This document shows, piece by piece, positions 1 to 9,801 of a DNA stretch of 64,000 nt. This DNA is from Desulfomonilia bacterium (GTDB taxonomy: Bacteria; Desulfobacterota; Desulfomonilia; UBA1062), in NCBI GenBank assembly GCA_050014195.1, contig JBEKDT010000005.1, positions 96,001 to 160,000 on the forward strand. Direction: 5' to 3'. The notes beneath the pieces are model-generated. The model had not been told where the DNA came from and did not search any database. It worked only from the letters and a program-made list of their open reading frames with translations. Numbering within the stretch: position 1 is the stretch's first letter; every line of letters begins with the position of its first letter. The position numbers and the translations under genes were made by a program.

Positions 1-93
1 CCTGGAACCCACAACGGATAGAGCCAAGATGCTCGAATACCTTTCATCATAAGGGATAACAGGAAGCCCTGAGGTGAACTTTCCTTTTTCCAT
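1..93 (-). CDS. 5' end of a hypothetical protein, running off the window
   Basis: Minus strand reads AAGGAG-aaaaggc-ATG (ATG at 93), open to base 1: MEKGKFTSGLPVIPYDERYSSILALSVVGSR. Confidence 0.6.
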   Translation of the reverse strand, partial: MEKGKFTSGLPVIPYDERYSSILALSVVGSR

Positions 94-104
94 GCCTTTT
101 CTCC

Positions 105-132
105 TTGACAAGCATCGGCCTTGTAGTATCTT
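105..132 (+). promoter_or_regulatory. Possible sigma-70 promoter upstream of the pilus cluster
   Basis: TTGACA-16 nt-TATCTT. Confidence 0.35.
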
Positions 133-345
133 ATTAAACTGTAATTCTGTTATGGTATGAAGGAGGATTTCAGGATAACCAACCGGACCAGTCAACGAGA
201 ATACCGTGCTGTGACGAGCTGTTTAAAGCCCTTTCCACCTGAGCCTTCTGATGAATATTAAGCGCAATACCCGCTGGGATTGATTTCAATTTAAGATGAA
301 TACCCCTCCTTTACCACGACCTCTCTGCATCGAAAGGGGTATGCA

Positions 346-1032
346 GTGGATAAAGGCGTTGGTCTTGTGGAACTGCTCGTTTCACTTGCCTGTTCATCCA
401 TACTCATATTGGCGCTGTATCAGTTTTACCAAGTGTCGGCTGTTACCCATGAGGAGATGAGAGAGGCATGGTACTGCATGCAGTCCCTCCGCCAGGCCTC
501 AATACAGCTGAACAGCGATATGGTGCAGTGCGCCTGCCTGCTGCCCCAGGACCTCAAGATTGCGGTCGCAGGCGGCCAGCTCTTCATTGCCGGAGTGCCC
601 GTCACATCAGAGCATCCGGGCATCCAAATATCGCAAAAAAGCCCCCCCTCATACTATACACTCATCATTTCCTCAACAGCGACAAGTGCGGTATTCGAAA
701 CCATAGACATTGACAATGACGGCCGCGCAGATTTCTGGGCAGACCTCGGCATGATCTCGGATAGCGGCCCTTGCGTAGCCTCACACAATTACAGCCGGGG
801 CAGCACGAATGTTGCTTTTGCATGCCCCAAAAGGCCCATACCCGGAGACAGGGTGGTACCGGCTGTCCATTATGAACTGAAGGAAGACGGTCTCTATCGG
901 AACGGCCAGCTCCTCGCCGAGTCGGTGGCTTTCTTTAATCCGAAAATTTCAGAGAATGTTCTCACTATTCAAATGAGGTCCGACTATCATGGAACCAAAA
1001 AAGAACTATCATTATCCTACCCCATCCAATGA
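346..1032 (+). CDS. Type IV minor pilin, PilW-like
   Basis: Class III signal KG|VGLVELL plus hydrophobic helix; DIDNDG Ca-loop-like motif; LYRNGQLLAE C-terminal segment typical of PilW. Confidence 0.7.
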   Translation: MDKGVGLVELLVSLACSSILILALYQFYQVSAVTHEEMREAWYCMQSLRQASIQLNSDMVQCACLLPQDLKIAVAGGQLFIAGVPVTSEHPGIQISQKSPPSYYTLIISSTATSAVFETIDIDNDGRADFWADLGMISDSGPCVASHNYSRGSTNVAFACPKRPIPGDRVVPAVHYELKEDGLYRNGQLLAESVAFFNPKISENVLTIQMRSDYHGTKKELSLSYPIQ

Positions 1033-3139
1033 GCACGGGTGGGTCCTTGCCTTCGTGCTCCTCCTCCTGGCAGTGGTCCTGGGGCTTACCATGGCATCCG
1101 CATCCATAATGTTCTACCATATGAAATCGAGCAACGCGTTCTATCACATAATAAAGGGACAGCTCTTCTCCCCCCAGGATGGAAACCCGCCGTCTTCCAC
1201 CCGCAGCCTTCTTGGAGCACCTGAAGGGTGGGATCATATCTGTTTTTTCACAGAGCTTCCCGAACAGGCCACCAGCACGATGCGGTCTTATTCCTGGCGT
1301 GTTGCGCAGCGGGAACAGTGCCCGGATATTCCGGAAAACATCATCCGGACCATCCAAAGACCGTACCTAGTGGTTATCATCGATGATTCACTAACCATGA
1401 ACGCCTCATCCGGCCAGGATTACCGGGATGATGCCCTCTACATAAAGCAACCTGCAGGCTCTACGGTTCATATTTCCGATACATGTGAGTTGGCAGACAC
1501 CCTCACATGTGCTGAAGGCATGTACTTTACAGGTAGCTGGGGCAACTCATATCAGAGAGCCCCTGCACAAGGCGGTTTCTCCGGCGCTATGTCTGTGTGG
1601 GCGAAAACCTTTTCTTATGCCAGATCCCTCATTTCATCTTTAGAACTGTGCGAAGTGGCCCTCATAAGTACTTCACGCGGCACAATCAGCCCATTCACCA
1701 TGGACTGGCAAGAGATCATGGCAGCCCTTGACAGTGTCCATCCCTCATCAGGTTCGGCCCCCTTGGCTGAGGCCCTGTATCAGGCAACCACACTATTCCC
1801 TTCGCAGTGCGTCACCGACAAGCACATCCTCCTGGTTACCGCAGGCGTGACGGTTAAAGACGGACATCTCCCCTCCTGGCTCAAGGACTATGATCATGAC
1901 GGCAACTCACAAGACATTGCCTTAGAGGGTGAGGGCTCCCACTGTCTCGACGATGTATCGGCCTATGCAAAGTCTTTGGGTATTCATGTTCATGTCATTG
2001 GCAGAGATACGGACTATCTGAAAAATGTTGCCGCCAAGGGTGGAGGCAGGTACATGCCCGGGCGGGAGGTTTTCGCACCCGAGCAGGTGCTGGTTACCCA
2101 GCCGATGGTGCTTCTCAATGATCGGGAATTGACGCCTTCGAACTCCCTCGCCCGATTCGATCCGCCCTGGCTCAAAACCGATCCGTCCCTGTATTACCGG
2201 CAAGGTATTGTGAGTCCTTTCAGTCTGGTATCCTGCCCGGATCTTGTCTTAAACGGCCTTGCCCATGACCTTGACGTGGGCGAAGATGCCCTGTTCTTTT
2301 CCACATCACGTGACCAGCTCATCAAGATCACCATGCCCACAGGCGAGCTGACCTGGCTCGTCACAGGCATCGGAGGGGCCGTGCTCCACCGAGGCGACCG
2401 GATCATAGCAGGGCCGAACAGGACAGGTTTCATCTCATGCATCGGACCATTGCCACAGGTACTCTGGCAGCTCCGGGGGACATGCATGGATGCATCCGAT
2501 TCCACGGTCTATATCGGTAACGGTTCCCTCATGAGTGCATACAACCTTGAAGACGGCATGGTGCTTGCTCAATTCGACATGAACCATCCCATACGTGTGG
2601 TGCGGTATGATCCGTGCACCGCAGAAGTATTCACGGGCACCTCCGACGGACTCGTCTCCATCATGAACCCGAGGCTCGAGCCTTTAGGAATCATAAACAC
2701 CGCCAGTTGTGAGCCCATCATGGAGATACGGCCTTTCACCTGGCGCAAGAGGCTTCATCTTATTACGGCAAGCAGGACAAGGCTTGAGGGCCACACCCCT
2801 GAGCACATTGAATGGTCCGTCTCCCTGGAAGATGGGTCTCCCACGGGTATGGCAATCATGGACAACAAGATATTCTTAAGCACATGGAGAGAAGATGCTT
2901 CTTGTGGAGGTATCGACACCGGCGTATCAAAATTACTCGATTTTGACGCGCTGACAGGGAAACAAACCGGCACAGAGACCATGTTCATCGGCAGGTCATT
3001 TGGTCCATCCCTTGATCCGGACAGGGGTGTCATGAAATTCATATCAGCAACCGGCACAGTCTTTGATAAGGATATCTCCAAGCTGCCGGGAATAATACCC
3101 TGCACCCTGGGGAGACGACTCATCACGCATATCGAGTGA
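989..3139 (+). CDS. PilY1-like adhesin (vWA plus beta-propeller) with PilX-like N-terminus
   Basis: NEHG|WVLAFVLLLL pilin-like leader lacking E5; VVIIDDSLTM MIDAS-like motif, APLAEALY, ILLVTAG vWA elements; DYDHDG; PQQ-like C-terminal repeats. Confidence 0.65.
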   Translation: MEPKKNYHYPTPSNEHGWVLAFVLLLLAVVLGLTMASASIMFYHMKSSNAFYHIIKGQLFSPQDGNPPSSTRSLLGAPEGWDHICFFTELPEQATSTMRSYSWRVAQREQCPDIPENIIRTIQRPYLVVIIDDSLTMNASSGQDYRDDALYIKQPAGSTVHISDTCELADTLTCAEGMYFTGSWGNSYQRAPAQGGFSGAMSVWAKTFSYARSLISSLELCEVALISTSRGTISPFTMDWQEIMAALDSVHPSSGSAPLAEALYQATTLFPSQCVTDKHILLVTAGVTVKDGHLPSWLKDYDHDGNSQDIALEGEGSHCLDDVSAYAKSLGIHVHVIGRDTDYLKNVAAKGGGRYMPGREVFAPEQVLVTQPMVLLNDRELTPSNSLARFDPPWLKTDPSLYYRQGIVSPFSLVSCPDLVLNGLAHDLDVGEDALFFSTSRDQLIKITMPTGELTWLVTGIGGAVLHRGDRIIAGPNRTGFISCIGPLPQVLWQLRGTCMDASDSTVYIGNGSLMSAYNLEDGMVLAQFDMNHPIRVVRYDPCTAEVFTGTSDGLVSIMNPRLEPLGIINTASCEPIMEIRPFTWRKRLHLITASRTRLEGHTPEHIEWSVSLEDGSPTGMAIMDNKIFLSTWREDASCGGIDTGVSKLLDFDALTGKQTGTETMFIGRSFGPSLDPDRGVMKFISATGTVFDKDISKLPGIIPCTLGRRLITHIE

Positions 3140-3272
3140 AAGAAGCCTTGTCTTCAACAGCGATCTCATGCCTTTCTCTTGTTCGACAATGTCAATGCTC
3201 GAGCATCTTTTCTGGTTCTTCTCTATGAAGCATACTTTCATGGTTTGCATCCTTTTCCCAGCCCATCGTTCT

Positions 3273-3391
3273 CACCACGAAGAGCACGAAGAAAATCCAA
3301 GAAATGCAGAACGGACATTGTTGAATTCATTTCCCCGGTCAGAGATTTCAAGAGTATTCTTTCCTTCGTGTTCTTCGTGCTCTTCGTGGTG
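3273..3391. repeat. Element bounded by a perfect 21-bp inverted repeat (REP/MITE-like)
   Basis: CACCACGAAGAGCACGAAGAA at 3273-3293 and its reverse complement at 3371-3391; 77-bp spacer. Confidence 0.75.
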
Positions 3392-3517
3392 GAATATCCC
3401 CTTTGTGTGCTCTTCAATGATCCGAGTATGCTTTACGGTGATGAACCTCTTTTCTTTGGAATCTCTCATTGCACTTTTTTGAGAAATCACCCCTTAAGTG
3501 CCCAATCAAATAAAAGT

Positions 3518-3543
3518 TCAAGAAGAATCTAAAGAATACCGAT
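3518..3543 (+). promoter_or_regulatory. Sigma-28-like promoter motif upstream of the major pilin
   Basis: TCAAG-N16-CCGAT, same spacing as five other copies in the window. Confidence 0.5.
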
Positions 3544-3583
3544 CATGCCCTTACTAATATCTTTCCCACAGGGAGGTGCTTGA

Positions 3584-4162
3584 ATGGAACGGTTCAGAAA
3601 TCGGCAAAAAGGCGGCTTTACCCTCGTTGAGCTTGCCCTGGTGCTGGTGATCATCGGATTGTTGATTACCGGAATACTCAAAGGAGAGGCCCTCATACGA
3701 AATGCCAAGGTCAAGAACCTTGTCAATCAGAAGGAAACACTCACCGCGGCCTTCTATACCTATTACGACAGGTATAACTATTATCCGGGAGATGCACCTA
3801 ACCCGGCCGGCAACAATCTCCCCGTGCAAGGGCATAACGACAATGGAAATGCAAACGGCCAGATTGATGCAGCAGAGGAATGGATTCTCTTTCAAGATCT
3901 TACACTTTCCCAGATCATCAATGGGGGTTATACCGGAGCGGCAAACAGCGGCCCGACGAACGCCTTCGGGGGCACAGCAGTAATCCTATACACTACCAAC
4001 CCGGCGATCAATGCAAACTGCGTGATATTCAACCAGATTCCCCCTGATGTGGCCCAGGAAATCGACAGGAAGTATGATGACGGGGTTTGGAATACAGGAA
4101 GCATACGGGCCGACACGATATATACCAATGCTGCGAACAAGACACTCTACTGGGGCATGTAG
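3584..4162 (+). CDS. Type IV pilin, probable major subunit
   Basis: GG|FTLVELALVLVIIGLL prepilin motif; strong GGAGGTG RBS; own promoter motif and downstream hairpin. Confidence 0.85.
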   Translation: MERFRNRQKGGFTLVELALVLVIIGLLITGILKGEALIRNAKVKNLVNQKETLTAAFYTYYDRYNYYPGDAPNPAGNNLPVQGHNDNGNANGQIDAAEEWILFQDLTLSQIINGGYTGAANSGPTNAFGGTAVILYTTNPAINANCVIFNQIPPDVAQEIDRKYDDGVWNTGSIRADTIYTNAANKTLYWGM

Positions 4163-4207
4163 CGCCAGTACAGGATATCGGTTGTCTTAGTTTGACATGC
4201 CTGGAGT

Positions 4208-4233
4208 AAAGGGCCTGGCGGGTCAGGCCTTTA
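4208..4233 (+). terminator. Probable intrinsic terminator after the pilin
   Basis: AAAGGGCCTG-GCGGGT-CAGGCCTTTA hairpin with short T run. Confidence 0.5.
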
Positions 4234-4392
4234 TACAGACGATAAGGGGTGGGGTTGGGTGAAATGTATATCTCGGGTCAGAGGTGGTGGACGAAAAATC
4301 CCCTAAAGTCATCTCCGGCACGAGAACCTTGTGGGTAAAGATCATTGAGTGATCCTTCAACCTGAACGGCGTAAGGAACTGGAACGAACCCC

Positions 4393-6027
4393 ATGGAAAA
4401 AAAGCGCATTGGCGATCTTCTCAAAGATGAGGGGATAATCAGTGATAGGGAGATCGGTCTTGCCCTTCTGGAGCAGCGTGCCACAAGGGAACGGGTCGGT
4501 GACATACTCATCCGTTTAGCCCTTGTCACCCAAACCGAGCTTGCCCAGGCCGTTGCAAAACAGTTCGGCATCGAATTCCTTGAGTTACGCCACTTCTCAC
4601 CGCAAAAAGAAGCCCTCTCTGCTTTGCCGATACAATTCGCACGCGACAACTCGTTACTCCCGATAGGTGTCGAGGACACCACATTGATTGTTGCTACCAG
4701 CGAGCCGGATAACTCGAAGCTCATGGACCTTGCTTCTCGCGTCTCAAAGAAACGCGTCCGTTGCGTGGCGGCATCTCCCTCGCAGATACAGAAGCACATC
4801 GAAAAAGATTACTACCTCCTGGAACACCCCATCGATGAAGAGATCGAGCAGCAGCTCGAACACGCCAAATATAATCCGCATGATGTGGATACGGAAAAGC
4901 TGGTGAGATTGCTGATCATGTCCGCCATCAACTCACGTGCTACCGACATCCACATCACCCCGACCAACAAAACAACCCAGATACACTACCGCATCGACGG
5001 CATACTCTACCCGTTTTACTCCTTTCCCATCGAGGTGCATTCCAGGGTTATCTCGAGCATCAAGGTCAAGGCCGAGATGGACATTTCGGAGCAGCGCAAG
5101 CCCCAGGATGGCAGGTTATCATTTGATTTCTTGAATGAGAGCTATGACATCCGTGTCTCTACTTTAAAGGTCACCTATGGGGAGAACATGGTCATGCGCA
5201 TCCTGGCTTCCTCAGAGGAGTTGTATAACATCCGGAGCCTTGGCCTGGATCCTGACGATATTACCCAGCTCAGGGACCTGCTCCACAAGCCTTACGGCAT
5301 GGTCCTCGTCTCGGGACCCACAGGGTCAGGTAAAACCACAACCTTGTATGCGGCCTTGCGGGAGATCAGCTCCATAGAAAAGAATATCGTGACTGTTGAA
5401 GACCCCATTGAGTACCAGTTTCCGCTGATCCGCCAGACGCAGGTCAATGAAAAGGCCGGATATATATTTTCAAGTGCTGTAAGGGCATTCCTCAGGCAGG
5501 ACCCGGATGTCATCCTCATCGGGGAGATACGTGACGGCGATACGGCGACCATGGCGCTACGCGCAGCTCAGACAGGACACCTTGTCCTTTCCACGGTGCA
5601 TGCCAACGATGCTTCAGGCGCCATTCCCAGGCTTAAGGACCTTGGCATGAAGGACTACATGATTTCATCTTCACTGATATGCGTCATAGCCCAGAGGCTC
5701 GTCCGGGCACTCTGCCCGCACTGCAAGCAGGCATATGATTCAGGGGAGGATGAGCACCGCGTATTCGGGATCCAGAAAGGGACGACCCTGTATGCCCCGG
5801 TCGGATGCCCCAGGTGCATCAAGACCGGCTACCTGGGCCGGATCATGGTGGCGGAAATCCTCGTCATATCCAAAGAAATCGAGCGCCTCATCTCTCTTGG
5901 GTCACACCCCTTCGAGATCAAGGAAAAGGCCGTCCAGGAAGGTCTGGTTACCTTAAGCGGCGACGGTATCCGCAAGATCTTAAGCGGCAGGACGAGTTTC
6001 GCCGAGGTCTGGAGGGTGCTTAGGTAA
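4393..6027 (+). CDS. Pilus assembly ATPase, GspE/PilB/MshE family, with N-terminal MshEN c-di-GMP-binding motifs
   Basis: GPTGSGKTTTLY Walker A, TVEDPIE, RQDPDVILIGEIRD, CPHC/CPRC; RIGDLL..GII and RVGDIL tandem MshEN-like repeats. Confidence 0.92.
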   Translation: MEKKRIGDLLKDEGIISDREIGLALLEQRATRERVGDILIRLALVTQTELAQAVAKQFGIEFLELRHFSPQKEALSALPIQFARDNSLLPIGVEDTTLIVATSEPDNSKLMDLASRVSKKRVRCVAASPSQIQKHIEKDYYLLEHPIDEEIEQQLEHAKYNPHDVDTEKLVRLLIMSAINSRATDIHITPTNKTTQIHYRIDGILYPFYSFPIEVHSRVISSIKVKAEMDISEQRKPQDGRLSFDFLNESYDIRVSTLKVTYGENMVMRILASSEELYNIRSLGLDPDDITQLRDLLHKPYGMVLVSGPTGSGKTTTLYAALREISSIEKNIVTVEDPIEYQFPLIRQTQVNEKAGYIFSSAVRAFLRQDPDVILIGEIRDGDTATMALRAAQTGHLVLSTVHANDASGAIPRLKDLGMKDYMISSSLICVIAQRLVRALCPHCKQAYDSGEDEHRVFGIQKGTTLYAPVGCPRCIKTGYLGRIMVAEILVISKEIERLISLGSHPFEIKEKAVQEGLVTLSGDGIRKILSGRTSFAEVWRVLR

Positions 6028-7241
6028 TGATCTATTCATACAATGCCCTCAAGAAGGATGGATCGATACTCTCATCCAAGGGCAACTTTGAGAGCATCAG
6101 GGAGCTGATGGATGCCCTTTCTTCTCAGGAATTGATACTCGTCAGCTACCGCGAGCAGAAGTACCAGATATTCGAGACCATCAAGACCCTCACCCAACCC
6201 AGTTTAAAGAGGATGGAGATAGCGGAGTTCTGCGAATCGCTGGCATCCATGATCGGCAGCGGCCTGCCGCTCTTGGACTCCATGGAAAGCATCAAGGACA
6301 CGATCAGGGTGAAACGCTTGAGAGAGGCGATCGAGGTGGTGGTCAAAGAGATTGCCCAGGGAGAATCATTATCAGGGGCCTTTTCCCACCAGCCTGCCGT
6401 ATTCCCCGAGATGCTCATGTTCTTCTGCAATATCGGGGAAGAGACCGGTACCATTCAAACTGCCCTGAGTAACACGGCGGATTATTTAAAAAGAGTGGAT
6501 AGCATCGTATCCCAGGTCAAGAGGGCCCTTATTTATCCATGCTTCGTGGTATGTGCCATGCTGGGCGTCATCATTTTCTGGCTCTTTTTCGTTCTCCCCC
6601 GCCTGGTCGCAACATTCAAGGAGATCAATGTCCAGCTGCCCAATATCACGGTAAGCCTTGTCAACTTCGTCAAATTCTCAGAGCAGAACTGGTTCATATA
6701 CCCCCTTGCGACTGTGGGCCTCATTGCCCTGTTTGTCATTCTCGGAAGGATTCCAAAGATGCGTTTTCTGCTGAGCCGCGCTGCATTCCGTCTGCCCGTG
6801 ATCGGCGATCTGCTGAAATGCTCCACCCTTACCCTGGTATTCTCGAACATGTCACTCATGCTTCGCTCCGGGGTAACCCTCACAAAATCGCTCGATATAC
6901 TTGAGAAGATCTTTCATAATGATCTTGTCCGCTCGGTCATCGTGCGCATACGGGAAGAGACGAACATGGGGAATTCGCTGCTGGAGGCCTTCAAGAGGAC
7001 CGACTTCTTTGATGCCATCACATTAAAGATGATCAGCGTCGGAGAGAAGACCGGAACCTTGGATCAGAGACTAAGCTACCTGGCTGATACCTACGAACTC
7101 AAGACATCACGGTTTGTTGAGGTGATGGGTAAGATGATTGAGCCCATAGCCATAGTCATGACCGGAGGCATCTTCGTCTTTATTGTCATTTCACTGATCG
7201 GACCGGTGTACGATCTCATGTCAAAGCTCGGAGGAGGCTAG
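6027..7241 (+). CDS. Inner-membrane platform protein, GspF/PilC/MshG family
   Basis: SGLPLLDS, GEETG, ALIYP, GEKTG, IEP motifs; TAATG coupling to the ATPase gene. Confidence 0.92.
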   Translation: MIYSYNALKKDGSILSSKGNFESIRELMDALSSQELILVSYREQKYQIFETIKTLTQPSLKRMEIAEFCESLASMIGSGLPLLDSMESIKDTIRVKRLREAIEVVVKEIAQGESLSGAFSHQPAVFPEMLMFFCNIGEETGTIQTALSNTADYLKRVDSIVSQVKRALIYPCFVVCAMLGVIIFWLFFVLPRLVATFKEINVQLPNITVSLVNFVKFSEQNWFIYPLATVGLIALFVILGRIPKMRFLLSRAAFRLPVIGDLLKCSTLTLVFSNMSLMLRSGVTLTKSLDILEKIFHNDLVRSVIVRIREETNMGNSLLEAFKRTDFFDAITLKMISVGEKTGTLDQRLSYLADTYELKTSRFVEVMGKMIEPIAIVMTGGIFVFIVISLIGPVYDLMSKLGGG

Positions 7242-7242
7242 A

Positions 7243-7890
7243 GTGATGAACCAAGACCTTGCCTCTAAAAGGCACATCATGTTTCCTGCCCAGTCATCGT
7301 CCCACAAAGGATTTACCCTCATCGAATTGGCCTTCGTGCTTGTTATTGTCGGCCTGCTCCTCGGGCTTGGTGCGCAGCTCATACCCATGCTGGTCACGCA
7401 AAATAAACTCTCCGATGACAGAACGCGGGTCAAGGAGGCAAAGACCGCGCTCATCGGGTATGCCCTGGCCACCGGAAGGCTGCCGTTTGCAAGTTTAAGC
7501 ACCAATGGATTAGAGACTCCAAACAAATATAATGGGTATCTCCCCTGGTCCACGATCGGAATTACCGGCGTGGATGCGTATCAAACCACGCTCTTCTATG
7601 CCGTTGACTTCAATCTTACTACAGCAGGATCCGTAACCCAGACCGTGATAGGCAAGCTCATATCAGACACCCCACCCCTCCCACCATCTCAAAAACTCTA
7701 CAGTGACCTTGGAGCCGTGAGGGTAGCCTTTGTGGTCATCTCTGCCGGTCAAAATCGGATTTTAGATAATCCTCCCAATAATATTAATGGCAATACATTT
7801 GCTGCTCCCTCTGCCCCGGTCACATCGAACTATGATGATATCCTCGAGTCTGAGAGTTTGTCCCTTCTCAACGGAATAGCCCCTCCCTGA
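7243..7890 (+). CDS. Type IV minor pilin / pseudopilin
   Basis: HKG|FTLIELAFVLVIVGLL; ALIGYA..GRLP, GYLPW, ISAG motifs; exact start uncertain. Confidence 0.85.
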   Translation: MMNQDLASKRHIMFPAQSSSHKGFTLIELAFVLVIVGLLLGLGAQLIPMLVTQNKLSDDRTRVKEAKTALIGYALATGRLPFASLSTNGLETPNKYNGYLPWSTIGITGVDAYQTTLFYAVDFNLTTAGSVTQTVIGKLISDTPPLPPSQKLYSDLGAVRVAFVVISAGQNRILDNPPNNINGNTFAAPSAPVTSNYDDILESESLSLLNGIAPP

Positions 7891-7945
7891 TGAAATAACC
7901 TAAAGAAACCTAATCGTAATTCCGAGAACATAGGTAGCAGGTGAG

Positions 7946-9406
7946 GTGTACCCCTCTGCATTGGAGAACATGAAGGATATATTGACAAAAATTGTCTCCA
8001 TGAAAATGGGCCCGGCGAAAGGCATTGCCGTTATCCTGGGTGAAGATGAACATGTGCTTGCTTCATATAGTGGTGCAGGGCGTGACATAACTCTCAAGGA
8101 TATGAAAACCGTTGAGTCCTCTTCACTGAGAGAGATCTCCCGTAAGGCTCCCATGCTATCGCTCTGTTTCTCACCCAGGGGTATTTATTCGGATGTGGGT
8201 GAATTTTCCTGCATCAGTAAAGAGGCCACAACGGCTCACATCCGCGCAACCGTGGACAAGATCGGTCTCTTCAGAGATGACTACTGCATCACATTTACCA
8301 AGATACAGGATATCGACAACCTCAAGAGTAAATATTCCTACCTGGCCATTCCTCTACATGAGATGAACAAGACCGAGCTTCTCGATGAGAAGGAGGCCCT
8401 TGTCTACATTTTCTGCCCCATCGAGGCATCCATTGCAACAGCGGTGGGAACCGTAGACCCGAACATGGTGATCATTGTTTATGAAGATACCCGGTTCGTC
8501 CGCATTATCGGCGCAAAGGCCGGGGTCATTTATTATCTCATAACCATTCATTCTGCCGAATCCTTCGATGCGCTGGCCGACACTGTTGCAGGTGTTCGGG
8601 AGATGACTTCCATGTTGCTAAGTTCATATCAGGAAAAACCCCAGAAGGTCTATGCCATCGGACAAGGAGAGATCAGTATATCCGATCTCGAAAAGCATGA
8701 TGTCCACGCAGAGCCGTTTAGTTTGAACGAATACGGGAAAACCGATCCTCAAACAGTAGTGCTCTTGGGGACTGCCCTGAATCCCTGTTATGACTTCACC
8801 CCTGAAAGGCTGCACCGGACCAGAAGGATTGTGGGGTATGCAAAGATATCTTTTGCCGTATCAATGGTCATGATCATGGTCTCGGCTTTGTACTTCGCCT
8901 TGGGGTGGAGTAATGCCATCAATGCACGAAGCTACGAGAAGAAGACCCATGCGGCAACCTATAAAAGCTCTCAAGAGCTCAAGGTGCTGGAAGATGATTA
9001 TGCATCTCTCAGCAAGAACCTGAACCTGACCAATATAAACAATATTATCGAGACATATAAGGATTTCCAGGCAGAGCCCAAGTTACAATCAATCATGGAA
9101 ACAATCTCCCAAAGGGTCCCAAAGAACGTCTTTATTACCAAGATCGAGGTCACCAGGGCAACCACACAAGAGGGCATGCCCCAGGCACGGGTTGCACCGG
9201 CCGCTGCAAATGCCCAGCGCACCTCTCATGCAAAATCATTCGATCTTGTAATACAAGGCATCATCAACTTGTCATTTCCACAGTCCAAAGAGGTCTTCTC
9301 CTCCTTTATCATGGCCGTGCAGGAGGTCTATAAAGTCTCTAAGGCCGAATATGTCCATAAGGAAAATGGTGCTGAATTCAGTTTGAATTGCGAGATGAAG
9401 CTATGA
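7946..9406 (+). CDS. Pilus alignment protein, PilM+PilN / GspL-like architecture
   Basis: Large cytoplasmic N-domain, one TM helix near aa 300-322, coiled coil, then ISQRVPKNVFITKIE PilN-like segment; position in the operon. Confidence 0.55.
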   Translation: MYPSALENMKDILTKIVSMKMGPAKGIAVILGEDEHVLASYSGAGRDITLKDMKTVESSSLREISRKAPMLSLCFSPRGIYSDVGEFSCISKEATTAHIRATVDKIGLFRDDYCITFTKIQDIDNLKSKYSYLAIPLHEMNKTELLDEKEALVYIFCPIEASIATAVGTVDPNMVIIVYEDTRFVRIIGAKAGVIYYLITIHSAESFDALADTVAGVREMTSMLLSSYQEKPQKVYAIGQGEISISDLEKHDVHAEPFSLNEYGKTDPQTVVLLGTALNPCYDFTPERLHRTRRIVGYAKISFAVSMVMIMVSALYFALGWSNAINARSYEKKTHAATYKSSQELKVLEDDYASLSKNLNLTNINNIIETYKDFQAEPKLQSIMETISQRVPKNVFITKIEVTRATTQEGMPQARVAPAAANAQRTSHAKSFDLVIQGIINLSFPQSKEVFSSFIMAVQEVYKVSKAEYVHKENGAEFSLNCEMKL

Positions 9407-9801
9407 GGTACTACAGGGTAGCCATGACAATCGGTATCATCAGCGCCCTGCTGTTCACATCTTCCTTTGCCTATTATATTCACACCGCAAGGAAGGTAAC
9501 ATATAACCGCACAAAGCTGGGAGCTATTCTGTCGGCGAACTCTCATCGCAAAGACTATGTCAGGAAGATCGAGTCCATCAAGTCATACAGCTCCAAACTG
9601 ATCGCCCTATCACATGAGCGAAATACAAATGTCGACTATGAGATCATATTAAAAGACTATGATGTAAAAAATTTGTTTTCCGAGGTTGCATCGACATATA
9701 AAAACGACATGTTCTTTCTTGACAAGGCAACTGTCGAGAGCACCTCTGCAGGGATCACGGTCACCATGAAGGGGTTTAAACTCGGGAGCGGGAATGAATG
9801 A
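9403..9801 (+). CDS. PilO/GspM-like membrane protein
   Basis: ATGA overlap with the previous gene, N-terminal TM helix, position in the operon. Confidence 0.45.
   Translation: MRYYRVAMTIGIISALLFTSSFAYYIHTARKVTYNRTKLGAILSANSHRKDYVRKIESIKSYSSKLIALSHERNTNVDYEIILKDYDVKNLFSEVASTYKNDMFFLDKATVESTSAGITVTMKGFKLGSGNE

Noticed and set aside
3457-3473. TGGAATCTCTCATTGCA as a sigma-54 promoter for the pilin
   Set aside because: GG-to-GC spacing is 11 nt rather than the required 10.
3168-3532. Overlapping ORFs in the adhesin-pilin gap (HEEHEE / FVFFV repeats)
   Set aside because: Their low-complexity translations come from the CACGAAG inverted repeat; no RBS or family motif.
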